Position numbers and translations under genes: made by a program
NCBI GenBank assembly: GCA_002269645.1
Contig: NIVC01000094.1
Coordinates: 682,001 to 746,000, forward strand
Length of the DNA: 64,000 bases
DNA from: Macrostomum lignano
Lineage: Eukaryota
Reading direction: 5' to 3'
In this document: in pieces, positions 22,381 through 33,106 of the stretch
Position numbering within the stretch: the stretch's first letter is position 1
Layout: each line of letters begins with the position of its first letter
The notes under the pieces: generated by a model
What the model saw: the letters and a program-made list of their open reading frames with translations, nothing else
The model's database searches: none
What the model was told of the DNA's origin: nothing

Positions 22381-25300
22381 TCACTGCTCCTGCTGCATCT
22401 TGCGCACCATGTCCAGCACCCGAGACTGCCGCATAGAGGGCGCCCTGGCCGGCGGCGCTGCTGTCTTGGAAGCTGACGCCGGAGCCGCAGCCGGGGCCCG
22501 CGAGGACTCGGCAGTGGCGGCTGGAGCAGCAGCAGCGGGGGATTTCAGAGACACCGGCCGGAGACCGCCCAGCTGAGCGGACAGGTCTGGCGATGAGCGA
22601 CTCATGCTGCTGTTGCTGCTACTGCTGCTTTTAGAAGCATCTGAGCCAACAGCGGCTGGCGAGGCGGAGGTTTTTGCAGCAGTGCCAGCGGCAGCCGAGG
22701 AGTCGCCAGAGCCGCGCGGCACCGGCCGGAGACGTCGGCGAAGGAATTCGGCAACCGGAGGTGCCGTTGCCGAGTCGTCTGCAGCGGCAGTTGAGGCGGT
22801 GGAGGCGCCGACCTTCAATGCCAAAGCAGCGTTGCTTGGCGACTCAGAGCGGTCGTTGCTGCCCCTAGAAGCGGCGGTAGGGGCCGGGCGTACGGCGGCA
22901 ATCTGGTCGGAGGAGCGGGAGGCCGGCACTGTTGAGACCGGACGGGGCGCCACGCGCGGCTTCGGGCCCAGCGGCGCGGGTTTGGTTGGAGCCGCTGCCG
23001 GCGCGGTGGCGTTAGCTGGCGAGGGCTTCGCAACAACTGGAGGCGCAGGCGTCGGTTTTGCTGCTGCCGAGCGGTTGGCCAGCGAGGCCCGCGCGGCCGC
23101 GATGGGGTTGTCCGCCGCTCCGCTGCTCGGTGGGGAGCCGGAGGCGGCGGCGGCGATCGCGGCGCCGGGAGATGTGGCGTGCCTGGCGGAGGCGAACACG
23201 CTGGCCGGCCGGCTTGCGACCGCCGCTGACGACTTGGAAGCCGCCGCTGGCATGGTCGGCGTGGTCGCATCGACCGCGGCGAAATCTGTAGCCGCCATGG
23301 TTCGAGTTTTGCGCAGTTGAACGCCGACAAATTCCGCTTTCGGCTGTGACGTTGTTGACGAGTCGTCGGCGGCAGTCGCAGGCGGGTTTGCCGGCTTCCG
23401 GCGCAGCTGCGGCACCGGCGCGCCCTCCCGACCGGCGCCGGCGCCACCGCCTAGCAGGGCCGCAAACGGCGTCGCCTGACCGATGATTCGCTTCGGCGAC
23501 TCTTTTGTCGGCTGCTGCTGCTGCTGGGATGGCGGAGCCGCCGGCTGCTGCCAGCGGGCAGGCCGCAGCTCGTCTTCGACAATCGGCAGCGCCGCCTTGG
23601 CCGTCTGGACCGCCGTCTCCTCCCGGATAAAACCGAGGCCGGGGCAGAGCTGGCCGCTGCTGTCGACGAACCCGAAGCTGTTCCGCAGGCGCCGGTAGAG
23701 ACACCGCCGCTGCCGCCACTGCCACCGCCGGCGCTCTGCCGATGCTGCGACGTCGGTCGTCGGGCGGGCCGCCTGACCGACATTTTGTGTTGCGCGGCAG
23801 AGTGGTCCAGCGGGTCGGCCGATGCCGCCGCCCCCGCTGCCGCAGCTGCCGCGGCGCCAGCTGCCGCGTCAGACACGTCGTCAGTGGAAGATCCATAGGA
23901 GAGCAGCGACCTGGTGGAGGCCGACCGGCTGTGATGAAGCCGAGGCTCTTCGTCAGCTCCGGGGGTCGGGCTGCGGGGAAGTCCCTCATCGTCGGACGTG
24001 AGGCTGGCCTGCTGCGGCCGGTTGTTGTTCTGGACTGGCAAATTCGGCTGCTGGGGCTGCTCGACGCCGCGCGGAATGGGGATCGGCCTGGCTGGGGCGG
24101 CGGCAGCGGCTGGTTGCGGAGGTCCCGACGAAGGGGCGGCAGCGGCAGCTGCTGATGCTGATGAAGAGGATGACTGCTGCTGAGCTGCAGCCGACGCCCC
24201 AGCTGGAATCTGGATCGGATGAGAGAGAGAACAGCGGAGGGTATATACAAAAGTACATCTGGGACAATTATACCTAACAGTGGACTAACAGCCGTTCGAA
24301 CAGACAGCTCCCACCCCCTCCCTTCCTTAATTCCGACAGCGAATAGTGGGATTATGGAAGAAAATGCAATTACTGATTGGGCACGAAAGTGAACGACTGT
24401 TAACTGTGGATTTCTGACTCGGGCCTCTGCGATTAACTGTTTATTCAACTGTCACCGCCTGGGAGTCAGAGTGTGTTTACAGGACAGACAAGCCCGCCCT
24501 TGTTGCAGTTGCTATGTAGCTAGTCAGAGTTAATAAGTGTAAGCTCTCATGTCAGCCCTGTGCCGATATTTATATGCAAACTAGAACTGCCTGGCTGGCG
24601 GGTGCCAGTTCAAACTGACAGCTCTGACCAGAAAGAAATATTGTATATTGCCGCAGGGCCCGCAGAATAAACACTTGCTTTCAGGCAAATAAGATTTACC
24701 GCGTTGAAGTATGAAATTCTATCACAGATGATATATTTGGGCACAGTGCGAACTTAAATAGACAGATAATACAGCATATACACAGAAAAGGAAAAAAAAT
24801 CAGGACAAGTGACAAGAGAGATCTCCGTGGCTCAAGGAGAGACTTTTGAGAGGCTCAAGGGGAAGTTGCTGAGATGTCAAGGCTCATGAGATGGGGTTGC
24901 TGAGATGTCAAGGCTCATGAGATGGGGTTGCTGAGATGCCATGGCTCATGAGATGGGGTTGCTGAGATGTCAAGGCTCATGAGATGGGGTTGCTGAGATG
25001 CCAAGGCTCATGAGATGGGGTTGCTGAGATGCCATGGCTCATAAGATGGGGTTGCTGAGATGCCAAGGCTCATGAGGGGGGGGGTTGCTGAGATGCCAAG
25101 GCTCATGAGATGGGGTTGCTGAGATGTCAATGCTCATGAGATGGGGTTGCTGAGATGTCAAGGCTCATGAGATGGGGTTGCTGAGATGCCAAGGCTCATG
25201 AGATGGGGTTGCTGAGATGCCAAGGCTCATGAGATGGGGTTGCTGAGATGCCAAGGCTCATGAGATGGGGTTGCTGAGATGCCAAGGCTCATGAGATGGG

Positions 25301-28009
25301 GTTGCTGAGATGTCAAGGCTCATGAGATGGGGTTGCTGAGATGCCATGGCTCATGAGGGGGAGTTGCTGAGATGCCAAGGCTCATGAGATGGGGTTGCTG
25401 AGATGCCAAGGCTCATGAGATGGGGTTGCTGAGATGCCAAGGCTCATGAGGGGGAGTTGCTGAGATGCCAAGGCTCATGAGGGGGAGTTGCTGAGATGCC
25501 ATGGCTCATGAGATGGGGTTGCTGAGATGCCAAGGCTCATGAGGGGGAGTTGCTGAGATGCCAAGGCTCATGAGGGGGAGTTGCTGAGATGCCAAGGCTC
25601 ATGAGATGGGGTTGCTGAGATGCCAAGGCTCATGAGGGGGAGTTGCTGAGATGCCAAGGCTCATGAGATGGGGTTGCTGAGATGCCAAGGCTCATGAGAT
25701 GGGGTTGCTGAGATGCCAAGGCTCATGAGGGGGAGTTGCTGAGATGCCAAGGCTCATGAGGGGGAGTTGCTGAGATGCCAAGGCTCATGAGATGGGGTTG
25801 CTGAGATGCCATGGCTCATGAGATGGGGTTGCTGAGATGCCATGGCTCATAAGATGGGGTTGCTGAGATGCCAAGGCTCATGAGATGGGGTTGCTGAGAT
25901 GCCATGGCTCAAAGGGTCTGATGCTTTTCGCTTTAAGCATCATTTTCCTTAAGAAACTAGCAGTAGTGAGTACCCAAGGCCTTCTACATGTACTGTTCAA
26001 AGGAATTTATTCAACGGGAGGGCGGACAGCAAACTCCGCAGACTCTCACAATTCGCACAGTATTCGAGCTGGCAAGTCCCCGCCTCGCTCCGCCAAGCAG
26101 CAGGGAGTCGCGCAAAGCAGCAGTGCGAGCTGCCGGCCGACTGCTGGAAGCCAGCGGCGAGGTCGGATTAGCAAAATTCGAATTCGAGGCCGAATGACCG
26201 ATGGAGGAGGAAGGCCGAGATGCTGTAGCAACATAAGCCGACTGACGCATAGCGATGGATGAATGATTATCTGGATAAATTGCTGCTAGGCTGTCTGAGC
26301 GGCCAGTACTTATCCAGTACTATTATTATTAACATGGAGCAAGGCTCGGCTTATAAAATCCAGCGCTTGCCCTCGGCGCACCCATACAGGCCAATAGGAG
26401 TCCAGTGTGCAATGCAGAAATAGCTCTGTCAACTGCCGGCCAAAACCAGTAGCGAGCGGGCGCAAGAGAGACAAATAGAGCTGGCCAGTGCAGAAGTGTA
26501 GACCCCATAAGCCTGCATCGTCTATCCACCGCTCTGCACAGTAAGATTCAATTCATGCAGCAATTTGAGAACTGATAAGCCCCAACCCCCCCAGACCGAG
26601 CTAATAAATATCTACCCGCTGCATCAAGTGTGAGAACCTTTCAAGATAAAATGCGAACCCCACAGAGAGAGGTGGATAAATTCTGGTGAAAGCACCCCCC
26701 CCCCTGAAAACCGATGTTTAGCATTGTTCTGGGTGTTGTATTACAGATTCTTGTTAAGCAGGTGAAAAGAGACAGCATTTTAGCAGAGAGATTCGCTACT
26801 TATTAGTCTTTCTAGTAGGCCCAGATTTCGCCTGGGTTATAGTGCAGATAATTGTGTAGGGGGGTAGCTTCAGCCCTGCAGGTCTGACTGACTGACTGAC
26901 ACTGACTGACTGACTGACTGACATTGACTGACTGACTGACTGACTGACACTGACTGACTGACTGACTGACTGACTGACTGACTGACTGACTGACTGACTG
27001 ACTGACTGACTGACTGACTGACTGACTGACTGACTGACTGACTGACTGACTGACTGACTGAGAAATGAGCAATTTTTTAATGCGAGCAGCGGAATCCAAG
27101 CACAGATATCAGAATTCGACACGCTGGCAGACTGAAGCGCAATAAAAACAGACGCCCTGCCGCTACATCACCAATAGAACACTGCAGAAGCGCTGGCCTA
27201 ACACAGGATATTAACACACGATATCTAACACACTATACGCTCGTATTTAACACATTATCTAACACACGATGTCTAACACACGATATTCAACACACAATAT
27301 CTAACACCTGATATCTAACACACACCTAACACCTGATATCTAACACACACCTAACACACGATATCTAAAACACAATATCTAACACATGATATTAACACAC
27401 GATATCTAACACATGATATCTAACACATGATATCTAGCACACCATTGCTAACACATGATATCTAGCACACGATATTAGCACACGATATCTAACGCACAAT
27501 ATCTAACACATTATGTTTAACACATGATATCTAACACACGATATCTAATACGATATCTAACACACGATATATAACACACAAAATCTAACACCATGTCTAA
27601 CAACCCATCTTTTATTACTCACCGCATCAGCCTCTGAATCGCAGTTGCTGCCTCTTTTATAATCTTCTTTGTCGTCGCCAGAACCGCCTGATTGCGCTGC
27701 CGCCTGGGCTGCACCGACAGCCAGCAGGTCCGGCTCCGAAAACCATCGATCGGACTTCTGCTTAGCCTTATCCGCGGCCTCATCCAGGCCCGCCTTCAGC
27801 CGTCTCTGCAGCCGGGACTTGGACACCCGATCGGCGCCAGTCGCCACGCTGCTAGCCGGAATGCAGCCGACTGAACCGCCGCCTGCAGCGGCCGATTTCA
27901 AGCTGCTCCGCTTACCGCCGTCGGCAGCCAGCCCGACCTTCCCCCGATCGACGCTGCCGCCGCTGGCCAGCCGAGAGCCGGGCTGCTTATTGAATTGATC
28001 GTCTGTCAT
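22381..28009 (-). CDS. CRACD/KIAA1211 (DUF4592)-like low-complexity, putatively actin-associated protein, about 738 aa, with an apparent 1-nt frame break
   Basis: Exon 28009-27623 (ATG ACA GAC..., donor GTGAGT, phase 0) and exon 24209-22381 (acceptor GATCCAG; 1829 nt, one short of a multiple of 3). Motif LDHSAAQHKMSVRRPARRP resembles the DUF4592 core (LDxSAAxHKxSVxP). Later segments EFVGVQLRKT and EFLRRRLRPV resemble WH2-type LKKT/LRxV ends (inference). The reading frame switches near 23620. Confidence 0.65.
24865..25910. repeat. 31-bp minisatellite GAGATGGGGTTGCTGAGATGCCAAGGCTCAT
   Basis: Direct reading; lies in the CRACD-like intron. Confidence 0.95.
26050..26250 (-). other. Candidate alternative first exon of the CRACD-like gene
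   Basis: GC-rich 201-nt ATG-started segment (MRQSAYVATASRPSS...NTVRI) ending at ATT|GTGAGA in phase 0, compatible with the acceptor at 24209. Confidence 0.35.
26884..27060. repeat. (CTGA)n microsatellite
   Basis: Direct reading. Confidence 0.95.
27205..27605. repeat. Degenerate ~14-bp array ATATCTAACACACG
   Basis: Direct reading; abuts the donor at 27622. Confidence 0.85.
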
Positions 28010-28256
28010 GGCGGCTGGCTGGCTGGCCGGGTTGCTGCAGTGCCATAGCGGATTGGCGCATTTAATTGTATTATTGCGCATATGTTCCAACTGCACTACT
28101 TATTCCAGTAATCCAGTAGCATTGAAAGAGTTTATTTCAAGTCTATATACTGCCGCCTACTTTTATTACTAGAGGCAGGGGCTGGGCGCATCCTGTGACG
28201 CACTTTAAGCGACATTGTCACACAAGCGCGCGGATATGTACGCAGTCATACCCACA

Positions 28257-28329
28257 GGAGTCGAGTGGAATCGAGCCTGGGCCGCTGGCACATCAGAGGG
28301 CCGCGCTAGACCACTATGCTACTGTCTCC
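28257..28329 (-). mobile_element. tRNA-derived SINE head or decayed tRNA pseudogene
   Basis: Minus strand shows an A-box-like TAGCATAGTGG and a B-box-like GGCTCGATTCC at tRNA spacing, with a partial GGAG...CTCC acceptor stem; the stems are too degenerate for a functional tRNA. Confidence 0.5.
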
Positions 28330-29284
28330 TACAGAACTGTATTATTTTAAAATGAAATGCAGAAAAGCAACAGATTACAATATTATCATACAGACAAAAA
28401 ATATGTATTTCTATTTGTTACACCAGCCAACAAGCGGTAAGGCCTGGTCGCTTGTGGAACTCATATTTGCTAAACTTTGAACCCTAGCAAAACAAAGGTT
28501 TACAGGATATTACATATTTACAAACCAAGCTGATAGAAGAAGTCTCCCAGAAGACAGCTAAAAGGCTAAAAAATGGTTGCTAGTTAAAAATTTGTGCAGA
28601 ATGAGAAAAAGTCAAACCTGCCCATACAGTAAGTTCAGAACTTCAGCAACAAACTTAAACTTTTCAAGCAAAAAAACAAAAAAGCAAAAACAACAAAAAG
28701 CTGCCAAGAAACAAACAAAATAAGCAGATAGGATAAACAAAGTAGTACACTGGGAACTTTTATAAGGCCGATGTAAAAACTTTACTGTATTACTGACCGA
28801 ACAATAATGATACTACTGAGATTGTAACTGACAGTCAGTAGTAAGACAGTAGCTATTGATCGTAAAGTTGTGCAATTCGTTAAATAATGCTATTAAAATT
28901 ATGAAAATGAATACACAAACTAAAGGTGCAGTCTAATTAATTAAAATTATAATTATATTACACAGGACGTAATGAGCCAAACTAATTAATGTTTCAAGCG
29001 CTGTAAATGCTTCATATAGTAGTAAGCCCTTTCTATAGTTAAAAAGGAGCATAAAATAACAAGCATGTTTAGCAGCCCTGGATAGCACGTGACAGCAGAG
29101 TTTGCTGTGTGTCATATGAACCGGTGTGATGGCTTTTTCACGAAAATATGATTTACAAAGAATGCTTCTGTACTCCTGATGCATTCGAAACTAAACTTGT
29201 GATTAATTTGTATGCAACGCATTTAAAATTACAATAGTCACTCTGTACCTTGTAAATAAAACAATATTATAAAGCATAAAAATG

Positions 29285-30115
29285 GGGTGGTGTGTTGGCT
29301 GCCTGGGAGCGGGTGTACATTGAGGTGGTGGTGTTGGATGCCTGGGAGCGGGTGTACATTGAGGTGGTGGGTGTTGGATGCCTGGGAGCGGGTGTCATTG
29401 AGGTGGTGGGTGTTGGCTGCCTGGGAGCGGGTGTACATTGAGGTGGTGGGTGTTGGATGCCTGGGAGCGGGTGTACATTGAGGTGGTGGGTGTTGGATGC
29501 CTGGGAGCGGATGTACATTGAGGTGGTGGGTGTTGGATGCCTGGGAGCGGATGTACATTGAGGTGGTGGGTGTTGGATGCCTGGGAGCGGGTGAACATTG
29601 GGTGGTGGGTGTTGGCTGCCTGGGAGCGGTGAACATTGGGGTGGTGGGTGTTGGCTGCCTGGGAGCGGGTGACATTGGGTGGTGGGTGTTGGCTGCCTGG
29701 GAGCGGGTGTACATTGAGGTGGTGGGTGTTGGATGCCTGGGAGCGGGTGTACATTGAGGTGGTGGGTGTTGGCTGCCTGGGAGCGGTGTGACATTGGGTG
29801 GTGGGTGTTGGCTGCCTGGGAGCGGGTGAACATTGAGGTGGTGGGTGTTGGCTGCATGGGAGCGGGTGTACATTGAGGTGTGGGTGTTGGCTGCCTGGGA
29901 GCGGGTACATTGAGGTGGTGGTGTTGGCTGTCGGAGCGGGTAAACATTGGGGTGGTGGTGTTGGCTGTCTGGGAGCGGGTGTACATTGGATGGTGGGTGT
30001 TGGATGCCTGGGAGCGGGTGAACATGGATTGGTGGGTGTTGGATGCCTGGGAGCGGGTGAACATTGGGGTGGTGTTGGCCTGGAAGCCATTGGTGTGGTG
30101 TTGGCTGCCTTGGAG
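29285..30115. repeat. 40-bp minisatellite AGGTGGTGGGTGTTGGCTGCCTGGGAGCGGGTGTACATTG
   Basis: Direct reading. Confidence 0.95.
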
Positions 30116-30321
30116 CGAATGTATATATTGGGGTGGAGGGGTGGGGACTATTTCAACAAGATGTTTACATATTATGTCTTCTAAAACCAAAAAACATACA
30201 CAGCTATTATTAGTCAAGACCAGTTCGGCAATGCTCATATGAGCTCCTAGCAACAAAAGTACAAAATCAAATAAACTCGCGCGCATCAAAAAGACAAAGC
30301 ACAAGTTGTAGTTCTATAAAG

Positions 30322-31509
30322 TCAAACTGGATCCTCGTCAAGAGGGAAACGGCGCGGTTTGTAGCCGGGATTTCGCCGGCCGGGCGGACAAGCGGAGGCC
30401 CCGGATGCCGCAGCAGCGGCAGAGGGATTCGGCAACGACCGACGCAGGCCTGTAGTCGAGGATGACGACGAGCCGCTGGAGTTGGAGCTCGCAGTCGATA
30501 CGGCGCTGATAGAGGACCGGCGGCCTCTGAGGTGCCCGGCGGCCGCAGTCGGGATGGCGATAACTATCCGACGCTCCGCAGCTTCCTTGCGCCGGTGTCG
30601 CTTTGCGTAGGCGGCGTTGGACAGGTCTTCGACGTCGGCCCAATCACTGCTGTCGACCTCGCCTTTGCCGGGCGTCGGCGAGTCCAGCACTCTCCAGCTT
30701 GGCGTGCTGATCTCGCGACGGGCGGCAAGCCTCGGCAACGAAGGCTTTGCTGACGAACTCGATCCCGAAGCTATCGATGACGACTGCGATAGGGACCTGT
30801 TGCGGAGTCGCTGCTTGCCCTCGTACGGTCGGGACCTTCGCTGCCGGCGCCGGTGGCTGCTGGGGCACCAGCTGTGCCGTTTTCGCTTTTTCTTGAGCAG
30901 CTGGCACTCCTTAGCGGCCTTGGCGTCGGCAACGACAGAGTTGGAGGCCGACAGACCGTCAGCGCTGAATGCTGTCAAGGAGACGGCCGATTCAGCGGGT
31001 CGTTGAGCGAGAGGCACCCGGCCGCTGGATGACACCAGCTGCTGCTGTTGCTCACATTGCTCAGATTCTAACAGAGACTTTGCCAGCCTCTCCAAATTGT
31101 TAATCTGCCTACTGCAGTGATGATAGCTGGACCAGGCTTGCAACAACAGCAGAATGTCTGACTCTGGATCAGCTGCCTCTTCCACTTGTTGAACTGCCTG
31201 ATGACTGTCTTCGCTGATATCCGGGGACATGCTGGTGACAGCTTCCACTGTCATGGAGCCAGTTGAGGCTTCAACCATCTCGCCGTCCCAATAGTCCGAA
31301 TCAGTGGAAATCGCTTCCAGTTCAGGTGTTGCTATGGCGGTCTCCATCATGGATGCCACTTCCTTTGCAGTTGGCGATGCCAATGTTGGCTGGCAGAGGA
31401 ACTGCGCCTTGACAACCAGCGCCATTTGTATCAGCAGGCTGTCAGGCTTGGCCAGCACCAGTGCCTGTAGCTGCGGATGCCAAAATGTACTTTCCATGTT
31501 CAAATGCAT
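30322..31509 (-). CDS. KANSL1: Compact PEHE-domain protein, KANSL1 (NSL1/MSL1v1)-like, about 390 aa
   Basis: Single long ORF (ATG at 31509 or 31497, TGA at 30322). ISTPSWRVLD...VEDLSNAAYAKRHRRKEAAERR matches the PEHE motif of the MSL1/KANSL1 family; the C-terminal YKPRRFPL resembles KANSL1 WERRTFPL, which favours KANSL1 over MSL1. An acceptor-like TTTAG just upstream means further 5' exons are possible. Confidence 0.65.
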   Translation of the reverse strand: MHLNMESTFWHPQLQALVLAKPDSLLIQMALVVKAQFLCQPTLASPTAKEVASMMETAIATPELEAISTDSDYWDGEMVEASTGSMTVEAVTSMSPDISEDSHQAVQQVEEAADPESDILLLLQAWSSYHHCSRQINNLERLAKSLLESEQCEQQQQLVSSSGRVPLAQRPAESAVSLTAFSADGLSASNSVVADAKAAKECQLLKKKRKRHSWCPSSHRRRQRRSRPYEGKQRLRNRSLSQSSSIASGSSSSAKPSLPRLAARREISTPSWRVLDSPTPGKGEVDSSDWADVEDLSNAAYAKRHRRKEAAERRIVIAIPTAAAGHLRGRRSSISAVSTASSNSSGSSSSSTTGLRRSLPNPSAAAAASGASACPPGRRNPGYKPRRFPLDEDPV

Positions 31510-31952
31510 ATAGATTGATGATGTTTCTAAACAGATAAGCAAATTGCTTAAAAATATTGACTATTGTGAGTCTAAAATGAAATTCTATGTTTTTAAATAT
31601 TGTAGCTCTTGGGTCATAGTTGAGGTGATTTTTCTTGAAAGCTTAATAAGTAACAACAAGCACTTTTTGGTTTTTGATTCTTTAAGATTTTTTTAAATTA
31701 AAAAGCATTTTAAAGGATACCATTATATACTTATTTTTAATTGCTTAGAATAGCTATAATTTTTTTGCAGAATTTAAGAATAATATTAAAAATATTTAAT
31801 TGTTTAAATATTTAATTGATTGTTAATTGTTGGTTGATTTGATTTATCCTAATCCTACTAAGATAAACAATTAGAATAAATAAAAACAAGCCACCATGCA
31901 ATCTGAACTTTATCATTTTACATACATTCACCCGTTGGAAAAGTTATGCACC

Positions 31953-32391
31953 TGCAGAGGCATAAAAGGTGAGCGAGGTGCACAAAAGAGGGGCCTATTT
32001 CGTGCATGTTTTGGAAATGCACCTGAGTGCACCTTTTATGCCTAAATGTCACCAATATTTTTGAAAAGGGGCATAAAAGGTGTAAAATCGGTGAAGTGGT
32101 CAGGCAGTAGGTGAATTCTCAATTTTGATTGGTTGCAGCGGTAGGGGCAGTAAAGGTGCGTAAGGGGCACTGTAGGTGCGCAAAAGGTGAACAGTAGGCT
32201 CACAAGTGAGGCACAGCAGGTGTAGGAAAGGTGCTGAAGGGGCGCAGAAAGTGCACAAAAGGTGAATCAGAGGTGTATAAGGTGTACATGTGCGGCGTAA
32301 ATATGTATACAGGTTTATTTCCAAAACACGCTCGAAATATACCCCTAAAGTGCCTCTTCTGTGCACCTCGCTCACCTTTTATGCCTATGCA
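31953..32391. mobile_element. MITE with ~40-bp TIRs and internal AAAAGGTG motifs
   Basis: GGCATAAAAGGTGAGCGAGGTGCACAAAAGAGG at the left; CCTCTTCTGTGCACCTCGCTCACCTTTTATGCC at the right (reverse complement, 1 mismatch). A TA target site is possible (GA on the left, TA on the right). Confidence 0.7.
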
Positions 32392-32679
32392 CAAATTAAC
32401 GCATTAAGAATTCGAAAAAAAATTAACTGAGAGTTACATACTCATACACTGCACGCACAGATTGAACATAGAAAAGTTTTATTTACACCTTTACTAATCG
32501 CTGCTATCCCCTTCCTGATCCTGACAAACCACGAAACTAAACATTTCCTATACTGATAAGTTTTAATAAATTTCAACTCAGGAAAAGTTCCAAAAAGTGA
32601 TGAAAAGGTTTGCATTAGTGAGGAAAAATTTCGAATAGTGAGAAAAGGTAGCAAAGAACTTCGCCATTTGAAACTTTAA

Positions 32680-33050
32680 TGCCCCTTGCATTGCCTCTAC
32701 GCCTAAAGTGCCCACTGTGCACCTTTTATTCACCTTTCGTGCCTCCAGTGCACACTGTACACTTTTTATGCACCTCTACCGCAGCGCACCTTTTTTCACC
32801 TTTCACTCCACCAATGCCCCCAATTCCTACTTTGTTCACCTTTTGTGCCTCAATGCACACTGTGCACCTTTAATGCACCTAAATCCCCTACGACACCTGT
32901 GCCCCTACCGCCTAGTTCGTGCCTTAAATTCACCTTCTGACCTTGCAGAGGCACTCAGGTGAACAAAAGGTGCACAAGTGGCACAAAATAGGCATAAGAG
33001 AGGCGAAAGTCAGGCAGAAGGTGCAAAACTCTTCACCCTTCATGCCTACT
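32680..33050. repeat. Diverged, mostly inverted relative of the 31.95-32.39-kb MITE interior
   Basis: Rich in CACCTTTT/GTGCAC; GTGCCCCTACCGC and AATTCACCTTCTGACC reverse-complement to segments near 32098-32150. Confidence 0.5.
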
Positions 33051-33106
33051 TTAAAAACTCAAAATCCAACAGGTCAGTTACATATAAGTCAAGAAATTGA
33101 ACTAGT

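Noticed and set aside
22370-24448. Many overlapping antisense and alternative-frame ORFs over GC-rich exons (also 1.2-2.9 kb and 30.3-31.5 kb)
   Set aside because: Expected shadow ORFs of high-GC coding DNA that is poor in stop codons.
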